From NCBI GenBank assembly GCA_040954595.2, contig CM082596.2, forward strand, positions 4,147,025 through 4,211,024: 64,000 nt of DNA, in the 5' to 3' direction. The stretch comes from Balanoglossus misakiensis. Its lineage: Eukaryota; Animalia; Hemichordata. The position numbers were made by a program, and so were the translations under genes. The notes below the pieces were generated by a model, which ran no database searches, was not told where the DNA came from, and saw nothing but the letters and a program-made list of their open reading frames with translations. This document shows, one piece after another, positions 1-12,410 of the stretch; position 1 is the stretch's first letter; every line of letters starts with the position of its first letter.

Positions 1-1269
1 ATTATATAGATAAAAGAGGTTCTAGTAAGTCATAAGTGTATGAGTGACATTTTAAAAATTGGATTCCATATGAAGGAGGTCAAAGTATGCAAATGATTTT
101 CTTGTAGTAGCAAGGAATGAGTTCCCCTCCATTTGTTACAATGCATCATGGGATATCATCTCACTGAGCTTGTACACTGACTCTGCATGTCTGTAGTTAC
201 TGAAAATTTGTTGAGCTCACAAGCAGCTCTGTAGTGGTTATTTGGTTTCCAGTCATATGTTTGTATCTCATAAAAAGTATATACCAGTTGTTTTTTCAAA
301 AATGCAGTGTTTGACATTTGCACAATGTTATTCCTAGCGCGGCCTGAAATAGCACACCTTAGCTGGGCATGTATTGCTACATGTGCATACTTGCATCTCT
401 AGGTACAGAAGGCATGTTTGTACCAGCTAGAATATCAATACTGTCAAGTGAATACATCTTGCATCTCGCTGCACATGGTTAATCAAATGTCTGCCGATAT
501 TATTCAGTGGATGAACACGATTGTAATCATATGGTTTATATTGAAGATAATGTACAAGCTAAAAAAGATGGTTTCATATTAGAAACAGTTTGGCTTAAAC
601 ACTGAAAACACTTTGTTTTCAAAATAACTCCTCACGCGCTGCGTTTATTAGAAACAACAATAAATTGACAGGTTTGAAGGACTATCGTTTTCTGAAAATC
701 TCTCTCTGAGGTTTGTGCCGCCAACTTGACACTCCCCGATCCGTATCCATTCCCCATCTCGCTTGTCTTAAAATTTGACTGTTACCAGGGTCTCATCCAA
801 AATGGCAGCCATAATACTCAATACAGATTGCCGACTGATATTCAAAATTTTATCTCCCTCTGTTTTGAAAGCCCTTTTCCTGACTAATAGGGCATCACAG
901 CGCACTTACTAGTATTTACAAGGCCATATCGCTTCAGCCATCAAACATCCGCACATGTATGTCTGCATTATCATGTTTTCAACTCTGATACCTGTCGCAA
1001 GAAAGTTTCTACGCAGCCGCTATGTTTTCGACATTTCCCTATCTTTCTGTTAATCAAGCCGTGTGAGTGATACCGCATAATGAAATCGCATAAAAGCTGC
1101 ACTCCTCTTCAAGCTAGCAGACAGATCTCGACACACACGACTTAATCGTCCAACCGCAGTTCTTGAAACAGGCAACACTTCAAGTAGATTTCAAAACAAA
1201 CTCTCATGCTGATTCCAATGTACACAGTGGAATACAACACAACGATTCAGTAACTATAAATTAAATGAA

Positions 1270-1560
1270 CCATAAATCACTTTAAATTCAAAACTACAGT
1301 CACTCAATTTCAAATTCAAAACTAGAGTCTCAAATAGTCAGATATTTTAAAGACTGTCTCAAATGCTTGCATGGCATAATTCAGTCGTATGTAAATATAC
1401 TGTAACCCCATGCAGCTTAACAATCGGAAATAAATTGTTTTCCTTCTTCTATATGACCCTGCCAATATCAGGTGATCATGGTACACATTTAGGCTACGAA
1501 CCATATTGTGAATTATTTTTAGCACCTATATGAGGTCAACTCGATCGTTTTTATAAGACT
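1270..1560 (-). mobile_element. Decayed 3' end of a CR1/L2-like LINE
   Basis: Minus-strand translation has interrupted ...KR..DLI*VLKIIHNM...AFETVFK..., resembling the post-RT C-terminal motif (RR.RGDLIEVFKII) of CR1-group ORF2, followed by a short tandem tail (aaattcaaaacta twice, 1284-1330). Recognition by eye only. Confidence 0.4.
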
Positions 1561-2731
1561 TGCAAAATTGTGTGAAAAAAATACTCGATAAAGGTCATCA
1601 CATGATGGTGAATCTAAAGAGGAAAAATACCATATGAGTGTAGATTCGGACAATGACCTGTACTTGTACGATCGTCGAAAATATGAAATTTACTTTCACA
1701 TACTGCACATTTTCCAAATATTTTAGGCACACTTTCGATATACACCCTGCAGGAGAGCAATTTATCTGTGTAGTGAAAGCTGAATCGCAAAATCTAGGTC
1801 AGGAGAGATTTTTTGTTGTGATTGCTAGTCTGCTGATGCAGTGCCCAGATTGTGGTTACCACAGCAACCAACAAAGGCCCAGGAGCACCATACCATGGCT
1901 GCTATTATTTTCTCAGAACGCAACATGTGTTCACGAGGTTTTATTGATGGCTGACGAGTCTCGTAGAGGCATTGGCTGACGGATCAATCGTAAACAAACA
2001 GCCAAGGAAATGAAAATCATGGAATGGAAGTTTTAAATTTGCAAGGACAAAGAAAAATTAAATCAGGTGTTGATCATGGAGCACTGAGGAAGTGACGAGG
2101 GTCAACGGTTAAATCAATGCTGGTTTATTGTTCTGGATGGCAGAAAAGGTGACATCAATGTCTTTTTCTTTGTTTTGGACGGACTGAATACATTTCCAAT
2201 TTCCCATCGGAACCCACAATTCCATTTGGACAATGTGCGACACTGCTACAAAAACATATTTGTTGACACAAGCATTTTAGAAACAAAAACAGCACATATT
2301 AGCCATGCTCTGAATATCTCAAGCAAATTAAACTACCTCATTTTACTTTTTTATTTTTGCTCGTTGGAGAGGAGAATGGAAGACATTCAGGAAAGTCAAC
2401 ATCTGGCAAATAAAACTGCCCCTGAATTCTCTTCTGTTTTTATCTCTGCATACCATACGAGTTGCCGTTAATGTACAGTGGTGGTACTTAGCACTGGCTC
2501 GATAGGCATCACAGAAACATTACCTCAGATTAAAGTAATGATAATGATATATTATAAGCTAAGTATACGCGCTGCTTTCTTCAAAATGAAAATGGTTCAT
2601 ATCCATCAGCAATAAGACAACACCACATTAATAATGTTGTTTTGCTGGGTTGTTAAGTTAATTAAGAAAAGATGAAAAGATGGGAGGGGTAATGTGAATT
2701 CAGTAAGCAGGCATACCGGTATATATCCTAC

Positions 2732-2782
2732 CTCGGGCTTCACGTTGATTTTCACTACTTTCATTGTCTTGTATCGATCCAT
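2732..2782 (-). CDS. Candidate alternative first coding exon (MDRYKTMKVVKINVKPE), phase 0
   Basis: ATG (TCAATGG) with upstream in-frame TAA, 17 open codons, donor GAG|gtagga at 2731-2730; lies in a local CpG-rich patch (2.7-3.5 kb) inside CpG-poor DNA. Confidence 0.55.
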
Positions 2783-4186
2783 TGATGTGAAGTTGTTTTA
2801 TTTACGGAAAGTCTATTGTAGACGAACGTTGGATGTGTCGACGGAGCAGAGAGGATCGAGTTTCTGCAGATGGACACAATTCATGGATATGTGACTGTGA
2901 CGCTGAGTGTTCACAACACGTCTTCCTGTTGTTATCACAGCGAAGCGAATATCCACACAGATGCAAAAAAAGTCCAGAAACCCTAGGAAGATGAATCTGT
3001 GTTCCGACTGAATCTGATCGCAGAAGGAATCGTTTATAAAAAGACGCCAAATTCCTCAGCCAAGTACTGCCATCTGTTGTCCGGACAGAAGCACCCAGCC
3101 ACCTCTTTAGTCGGTGTACAGTAACATGGTGATACATGTGATAGGCGCGGAACTGTCTTAATACACAGCAGTATGGCACGGATGTGATATGAGGGTTTGC
3201 TATTTTGGTCAATGTTGTCCTCAGTTACGCTCTCCACAATACAGATGGCGGACACACACAAATACACGCCAATCTCATGAACATAAAGCGATGGTGAGCC
3301 AACCAGATAACGCCTGCCAAAGCATCGTAATACAGCAACAACACAGCAACCAGCTGTATACGTAGTAGCCCTATGTATAATATAGACAGTTTTTCTCCCA
3401 CTTAAAACCTCCCCGTTAAACCGACTCGCGCCAAGACCCCCTAGCTCTGTCAAAAGTTGTCTGTCAAATATTCGCGGAAATCCACACAGAAGGATTATAC
3501 AGAAATCACATGAGAATTACACTACCTCAATTAAATTTATGGAGGTTTTTTTTCACAAATCAGCACATCAGATGGAGCAGAGATCCCACGCATTATTTAT
3601 AGTAATAATTCAAGCCAGGAAATTTAAATTCTACTTTCACATGATTTTAAATAATTTATAAAGATGAACAAAATATTCCAGCCATGATGCAATAGATAAA
3701 AAGTGACCAAGATTGTAAAAATCGTGATTTATACAGATTTTCTGTAATCATCTAGGCTGGGCGATTAACACTTTACTCTCTAAGGATCGAATTGCAAATC
3801 TCTTTATTTCTGTCAAATCACACACACACACTCACGGAACATATAGAATATTACATACATTTAGATAAAAAATTAATACTATGCACATACTGTATATGTG
3901 TGTACTGAGTTTCCATACAGACAATATTCTAAAATCAGAACATTCTCAAATCAGATTTCCGTAATCAAGTATTCCATTTTTCGGAAATACGCAATTAATT
4001 CCTAAACACCGCTAATAATTTCTTTTATGAATGATGCATTAACCCTTTCCGTGAAGTGCTAATTATTTCTATACATATATGTGATTTCTCTGCAAGGATT
4101 ACAGCTGCCCCCATTTCCTGTTCATTCAAATCTCTAAACTCCACCAAGGTCAGCGTTGCATCCATTTCTCTACAAAGAGAACTTAC

Positions 4187-4198
4187 CAGATTTTTCAC
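4187..4198 (-). CDS. 12-nt microexon GTGAAAAATCTG (VKNL in phase 0)
   Basis: Minus strand tttccttcctgtgccatgcattttcag|GTGAAAAATCTG|gtaagt: polypyrimidine tract, canonical AG, consensus donor, length a multiple of 3. Confidence 0.6.
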
Positions 4199-5410
4199 CT
4201 GAAAATGCATGGCACAGGAAGGAAACTATGTTTGATGGGATGAATTATCTCTGAATAGACTAGTTTTCTGTTTGTATCAATGTACCGAAAAAAAGTTTCT
4301 TGATGTGTCCTACAAAACCATAAACGGATATTTTCTGTGCTGCTGTTGAGTATTACATTTCTTTCCCCTGACATTCGGATACGTTATTAATAATCTGTAT
4401 TTTTAGTCCATTTGCAGCAGCAATCTATTTCGAGCTGTGACAAGAAGATTTCATACGAGCGATTAAATGATACCAGGCTAATGGCTATCTTGTCATTAAA
4501 AAGCTTCCCTTCTCTCCATCTTGAAATGACAGTTCTCTAAATCCACAAATTATGAGTTGTTCTTTTCTAGTTTCTTCTCGAAACACAGCCATTAGTCAAT
4601 TAAACAACGACATTTAGTCGATTACTCAATAATTGAAATCAGTAGAGTCATAGCACGGATGAGATATCCGATATGCAGATATCTGCGACGCACTCAGATT
4701 ACAAAATATTAAAAATGGAAAGACTTTCATAGCCAATCTATTTTTTAATACAGTATACCATGTATTTTATATCAAGCCTGTTCTAGAAAAAGCAAATTGA
4801 AAAGACTATTTGCGGATTCAACCATTCTGCAAGACTGTTCCAGATCTTCGCAATTAAAAAGCAGCCGCCTCTGAAATAACATTTTTATGCGTTTTCCCCC
4901 AATTACTTCAACTTGAGCGCATCTGTTCAGATCCACCCACCATAAAATGCAATGTCAAACACCTTTCGTCATTCGCCATTCCCCTTTTCATGTGTGCCGT
5001 GAATGCAAACATATCTGAAGGAGGTCAACAATAGCCATGTAATGCACACCTGGTAACGTTAATAAGGAAAGAAAATCACATTGTTTTTCCTCTAAAGGCC
5101 AACACATTTTCATCTTTTTTAATTAGTGAAAGAAAACATGACAAATAAATCAAAACAACAGCTAATGCCATTTCTCTTTATTAACAGAATACAAATTTGC
5201 AATTTACAGAATATTGTTTTTACAGATCCCATGATGTAGCATGACCCATTTCAACAAAGTATTCTTCATTTCGGATCAAATGAGTTCAAAGGATCAGGGA
5301 CAGCGTGCAGAAAATCGTTACTATGATATGTAGCGCCCCCAACCCCATGCACACTATAATTTTTTTTTTTAATCTAGAAGAGGATTGTCTCATGACGGCG
5401 TACTTCTTTC

Positions 5411-5502
5411 TTAACCCTTTCACCACCATGGTTCAGTCCAAACCCATTGTTTTCTGTGGTAAGGTTGGACCTCTACAGAGGGAACAGGGGTGAAAGGGTT
5501 AA
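5411..5502. mobile_element. piggyBac-type MITE (84 bp) with TTAA target-site duplication
   Basis: TTAA|CCCTTTCACC...GGTGAAAGGG|TTAA; terminal inverted repeats start CCCT as in piggyBac; second inverted copy at 17494-17586. Confidence 0.85.
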
Positions 5503-6449
5503 TCAAGAGTACAATATCAAGGGAAACGAATACTCCAAGACTGTTGAGTAAATCTTTGTGGTGGTTTAAAATTTGGCTGCTTGGACAGTTGATGCTGTGA
5601 GACAGCATCTCAACTTTCTCAGTTGAGCGCCCCCATTAAAGAATCTTTCCCCACTTTCTTTTTATTATTGTTAGTCTTCTTTCTGCCTTGTGGTGGCGCT
5701 AAACATATTGAAACGACCAATAGCACCCAACATTATTTCCTCTTTCTCAAATGAATGGACACATCCATAAGCCTTGAATTCTGCCACTGCTGTCACTGAT
5801 CGACGAATCAAACACAGCAACCTTTCAATTGCCAGTTTTTACAAGCATGATTTATACACGATCCAATCAGCTCTAGATAAAACAAACACAAAATATGATC
5901 AATCACAAGAACAGAAGTTTTTCAGCGTCATAATTCCTTTGTTACACATAATGCCATATCACTGTGTTTTATTGGGTAATCCTATATCAATTTTCAATGT
6001 CTCGTAAAATTATTTTTGAACATTATGTCACACACCAGCCATTCCAGGACATATTCACAGTTCAGTGTTGAAAACAGAAACGGTTAAAAATTCCAAAGTA
6101 TTTAATTTGCGCATACACGTACACAATCCATCAAACAGATACACATCTGCAAGCATGGCATTTAGAGGGGCACTCACATGACCATTTTTTTCCCATTACA
6201 TATTTTTCTCAAAACAACCATTCCTATTAAAAAGGAGCACCAACATAAAGTTTGCAAGGTCATGCCTATTTATTTTAGGAACAAATGAAATGCAAATCAC
6301 CCTTTGTTTTTCTTGATGTGACATGACAAGACCAATTGAGCATTTCCCCTCTATCATTACTTATTTGCTCTGAGCTTCAGTAATGCTTCGAAAAGAATCT
6401 AGATTCTGTGACAGATTTCCTATCTTCCACATATAAAAAACCTTGTCAG

Positions 6450-7060
6450 CCAACACGTGAAGTCACAATTGACAATTTTACAGCGACAGAAGCAAAGTCT
6501 TCCGAATTATCACCTGACGAGTGAAAAGCACAATTGAAGTCGCATATTGAGACAACTTTCGAGCAATGGAAATTTTCCATTAAGCAAGTCGGGTCAGAGC
6601 TACAAGAAAATGCTTTTATCGAATAAAACAACCTCTTTTGGATCTCGAAAGTCTGAGAGCAAACATTCAAAACGTTTAAAGACTCGTTTAGAATTTTCCC
6701 CCAAAGGCTGGTTGGTACATGTAGTCGCAATGCCCTAATTGATTGCACACAATTGCGTCCTTACTTTTGATCGAGGAAACGATAAAAACAAGAGACCAGC
6801 AGATCAAGGTTTGAGAGAAATGTATGAAATGGCGTGTAAATCGAGCCTCACAGTGTACATTTGATTTCATCGGTTCCATTTCCAAACACAAGGGTGTTGA
6901 CATAACCTAAGTTGTGAGAGATGAACAAAATCATTTTGAAATGCGTACAGTATTGCCTTAGAAGCAAAGCACTCCCAACATCACAGATTTCTCTTCTGCC
7001 AAAATGTTAAAGAATAATTGTACAGAGTCGGCAATTTTTCCAACGCCGTAAAAGTCCATT
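6450..7060 (+). pseudogene. Possible decayed DNA-transposon ORF relic with SWIM zinc-finger-like motif
   Basis: Interrupted frames join as ...LVGTCSRNALIDC / LHTIASLLLIEETIK..., resembling the CxC-xn-CxH-(I/V)AALL SWIM motif; multiple stops and frameshifts. Confidence 0.3.
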
Positions 7061-10000
7061 TATTTTGTATGCTACAATTGAGTGGGTAACGCTATGCAAT
7101 TAGTGTGAAATGAAAACATGCTTTCATCTCTTTGAGCATTGTTCATTCCATTGAAATCAGTCACCGTCTTCTCTGGGAAGAAATATCCCCCGATTTTAAA
7201 AGGTACTTCCAAATCACAAAGTCACACACAACTGCGAATGGATGATATATCGATCAAATTATATGATGGCTTTTGCTGAAATGGATAACGATCTAATGAC
7301 ACAAGTATTTACGCAATTACAGAGAACCGGTGTGTGGCATTCTTTCTGATGAAACTTGTTGCTAGGATACGGCGAAGTTATCCATAATTATCAAAATGAA
7401 TGTATTTTGAATCCTACTTCTGTGGTTGCTGTGCTAAAAATGACAAAGTGTTTGTTTCTTAAAACATTTTGCAACTCATGGGCCTTTAAGGTTTTGTTGC
7501 CATAAAATCTGCTTATAATTAGACATCAATTTTTATGCAGACATTTTAAGTGTTTTTACCACATATTAATTTACACCAGCATAAAAGATATAACTTTGAT
7601 TGCCTTGTTGTGTATAGAAACATACGATAGAAAACGATTACATACAGGTAACAGAGACATAATCTCCATTATACATTTTTCATTGTAGATAGAACGGGCT
7701 GGTACTAATAGTTGTCACTTTTGCATGCACAACATCCAGATAAAACATCTTGTTTGGAGTTGAGATTGGGTAAAATGCTGCAGCATAAGCTTTCCGGTGC
7801 GGGTACTGCATATTGTCACACCGTTCAGCCTGTGCATTTGCTAAGCCATGCAAAACTGGGAATTGGTATTATGACGCAAATTTGCCAGTCTCATCCTCCC
7901 GTAATCACAGTTGGAAAGCAATTAACTGATCAATAATTCATGCGAGATGTAAAAAACATCGACGTTTCAAAATGAAGAAGTGATTCAGAAAATCTAGCAG
8001 TGCAGAAAGGGAAATCAGGGATCAGGTTTTCTTTTATGTATTTCTTCTTTTAAATGGTGCATTGGTACACCTGTCCTTGTCTCTTACAGTACTCTCCATG
8101 ATGCAGAATTTATTCAATAAGAGAATATATATTCTGATCAACTGCTGTGGATATAAAGCAGTCAGCAACTTTTTTATGTGATGGAAAAACACAAGATGGA
8201 ATATTTTCATCCGATATAGCAAAACTTTCAATACCAAGTCAAGTGACGTATGCTGGATCACTCCTGGTAACTTCAGCGTAAAACTACCAATCAAGGCTAA
8301 AAATTGATCGTGACATCAGCATGCAGCTCCTGTGATTTTCGTGGCAGGCATCAAAGAGAATTAATTTCTACATTTCTATAGCCAGGATCTCAACCTTGGC
8401 AACAGAAAGGGGGAAGGACGTCATAATTTGATTTACAAAGTCAGTTCTATATTTAGCGCAGATATGAAAAGTACATGAAGGTGACCTAACTGAGTGTCAA
8501 GCACCAGCACACTAAGGCTCGATCTTCTACTTTTCTAGGTAACGCAGAAATGTCAATATATCTGTTCCAACAGCGAACTCTTCAAAGGTGTCAAGCCCTT
8601 TCAGCTTACACTTCAGAATGTCTGTCTTCAATTGAAATTGTGATCGACTGAAACAAGTAGCTCTGAAACTATACCACCAGACAGTACTTGCTCCTGTATT
8701 TTTCACTTCAATTCCCATAATGTCTGTTCATTTTATCATCACAGTAACTAAACAATATTGCGAAAAATTTCCAGCACTACCAGTAGACACAGCCATATTA
8801 CCCATGCCTATTTTTCATGACTCTTACTATAAATAATGGGGCCTTAAGTGCACTTTACTGCAATAAAACCACTTTTATTTTTAAAACACCTCAAAAATGC
8901 ATATTTTATGAATTTCTGACTGATAAATTTTAGGCATGAATTCAATCCAAATGACGGCACCAGGGTTGTCTTGAAGTTCTACATGTCAATTTTATGTCCA
9001 CAAGGTTCCAACGGTTACCGGTAGCTTTTCTATCATTTGCATTTGAAGAGAAAACCAGGAAATTCAATTAAATAATTGTGAATAATTATGGTGAAACATT
9101 CAGTGAATAGGCGACAAGAATTTGCATGTTTGTTGCGATGAAAATGTAATTAGGAGCCTAGGGTTGGCTGGGTAACACGCAGCCTTAATAGTTAATCATG
9201 AACTTAATTTGGCCTTTCAAAATATTTTCCGATATATATGTGACACTTTAATCAAATGTCAATCAAATCTGTGCTGTTATTTTCAACTATTTCTCAGTTA
9301 TTTTGCTCATAACAATACATCACTTATTTTGAATTAAAACTCGAGATCACAGTGAAATGCAATTTCTACGCTACATATACCGGTACAGGTTGTAAGGGTT
9401 TGCTGCTGAACTGAGGCTGTAGTTAATTCCAAACAGATGTAAATATATCTTCACTGTTTTATTTATAATGCTCTATATCAGTACATTAAGACACCAAAAC
9501 GGGAGAGGGAGAGGATACATATACCAAAACGTGCCACTCCTACCAGCAGTATTTAAAACACAGCTTGTCTGCTCGTTTGTGCAAAACTGTACAAATTTCC
9601 ATTTGAACCATAGGTACATGTATGCCATACATCACTGGTGGTGATCATTTGAAATTTAGCATCCTGTGACAATAAATATTTACAGTACCGGTATACTTAA
9701 TGACCATAATGTAAAATCATAGACAATTCTGCTGCGAATGAGCTCTACAGATATTGTTTTAAAATCATGAATATTTTTTAACTTTTCAATGATGAAGCCA
9801 ATCACATAACATTTAACAAAATAGTCATCATCAATTACAACATGAAGACAGTGCATGCTAATATGCTACAACAATAATTAGAACTGGCCGGTCTCCAATA
9901 CTGCCATAATCAATCATTTGAATAAGCCATGCGACAGGTGCACATCCCTGATCTCATAGTGAACGACGAAAAAGATCACTGTGTTCAGTTTTTTATACGC

Positions 10001-12332
10001 AGATGAAGGTGTTGATGTTAATATTGTTTTGGTAACTTCATTTTGAGCGTTTTTCTGTGTGTGTGCTGTTTTCCTTTCTGAGATATATCAAATTATCATT
10101 TGTAAAAAGAGTCATGTGTTTTCCAGTGTGAAATACGATATCCCTGCAAACTGTGAATCAACAGGTACACAAAATACTTCTTAAGGCAAAGAGACTATCT
10201 AAGACTTGTAAAGTTGCTTAAACCTGCCATCTTGAATATTTAACTGTCTGGGCCCTAAGGAATTAGGGATATAAGTTTTGGGATGAAAGATTGCACATGT
10301 GAAATTGAATATCCTAATGCATCATTCATGAAAAACAACTCTGTACTATAAAGTTCACATTTCGTCATAATGACGTACATGCATGCGATTAAATTGTTGC
10401 ATTGGTAGTATTTGCTCCATGAAACCAATTTCCTCTGCAACAGGACAAGCAAAGATAGTGACGTTTTGCACAATGATGTGAAAACAAGTGACTTGACCAC
10501 AAAGAAGTGGCAAAATTGCCATCTTTAGAAAACACCTGTGAGGATACCTATACATCACATATTTGGACTTCAGAAATCATCGCTTAATTGTCAAACTTGG
10601 TAGGAGACAGTACTGTATTACGGAACTTTTTAAAAATATAAATCATTCCACACACAAAGAAACATAAATTACCAAAGCTGACTCTCTGAGCTGAACTGCA
10701 AGCAGACAGCAAAGTAGACACAGTCATAAACAGAGAAAGAAAACAGCTGGGTGATTGATGATGTGTCCATGTCATCCTTGTCAGATAAATTTTTGCCAAT
10801 CGACACATAAAATAATACCCCACCTGATGAGCCATGAGGCAACATCAAACTTATTTGACGACCCCGATGAGACTTGCACTGTCATATACCTGTCATTAAT
10901 TTTATTTATCGCACTGAGTTCGATCATATCATTATTAATTCAAAGGCACAATAATTAGTATACGTACAATGGAAAAACCTAATCAAATTTCGATTCGTGA
11001 CATATCTTATGCACCTGTTTAATGGCAACCAAAAATTTATTCATTATGGTCCGTAAGTTAGCACTAACAAGAGATGGTCATTCTGTCTGCGGTGTTCCGA
11101 TCCAAGTCCCATGGGAAATAGTTACTCTAGGCGACGAGTGCAAGGGTGCTTGGCAAAACTCATTTAACTCATCTACTGGAAAGTTGCCCACTTGGTATGC
11201 TGTACGTACTGTGGGCCCACGGAATACCTACATCATTCAGAGTGACTTTGTAAAGTCATAAAATTGGATGAAATGTATTGATTATGAGCGACGGTGCACT
11301 GGACGTGCACTGTTGGTCTCCACCCTGCCCTACTTTGTCTGACAGTTCCGTGATGGAGAATGGTTTCATCACGATCAGAAAACTGCAGAGTGCATGCAAA
11401 GTCACTGAAGCATAGAAAGAGCATGCTTTGTACATTAACTGCCTCGGATAGATAGGACTGTACATTACTCCTGGGGACACTGCTGACAGTGATGCAGTAC
11501 ATCTTGTCTCTCATTTTGGTCATTATTTTCTTGCTGCATTGATATATCAAAATGAAGTTTCAGGACTCTAACAGGCAATCTGCAACTTTTTCCATGTGTG
11601 ACATGCTTCAAGTCGTCTCTCACGTGCTGTTCATTCAACTCCACATGCACAGCCCTCTGTAATAGTTTGATATGATATCACTTTTAATAGTCCCTCAGAC
11701 TCAGTGGTTTGTGATGAGATCCTTTTCAACTGTGACTCTGATATTCTGATATTTATACAGGAGTTATAAAACTTGGTGAAAATATTCACATTAATTTAAG
11801 AATTTGCTCATTCATCACATGTATGATCACACACACACTCACACACAAAAATTGTACTCCAGTGAATTCGTTGTGGGATGCTTTGGAGGGATGTAGGTCG
11901 ACATATAAAAAAGTTACATGAAGTGAATCTTTAATCTTTCTGGCGCCATCACTGCTTAGCAAGTAAAAAAGTGCATTGTAAGTACATATTTATGCCTGGG
12001 GTCTTGGATACAAATGCTCACTGATCCCTGATAAACATCTTTTCCATTTTCAACTTCTTTGCCTGATCATAGTTCCGGTATATTCTGATCTTTCCACAGT
12101 TTACAAGTTTACCAGCAGCTTGAATAATAACTGGTGCTGATGTTAGACATGGTTATCAGAAATCCTGACAATTGCTTTCTTGGAGCAGTTGATGAAAGTG
12201 TGTTATTAATTCAAAGTAAGTACCGCATGTTTTCCTAAACACACACATTATACTGCCAGTCATTTTTGTGTACAGTCAGTGACAAACAGTGGTTGATAAT
12301 TAATGCATATTATCAGCCATATGTAGGTGGCT

Positions 12333-12410
12333 TAGACTGTGTCTCAAAAATGCACCCAAACTGTCCCTTCATAACTTTTACCATATTTTTTCCTGAAAAT
12401 TTGGTCAAGA
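12333..12410 (+). mobile_element. Possible degenerate Tc1/mariner-type terminal repeat fragment
   Basis: ta-gactgtgtctcaaaaatgcaccc...cataactttt...aaatttgg resembles TA-CACTGTGTCTCAAAAA ends of Tc1-family MITEs; no matching other end found. Confidence 0.25.

Noticed and set aside
2802-3453. Two overlapping 136-139 aa minus-strand ORFs
   Set aside because: Non-ATG starts and no recognisable homology; better explained as the GC-richer 5'UTR/promoter of the 2.7 kb first exon.
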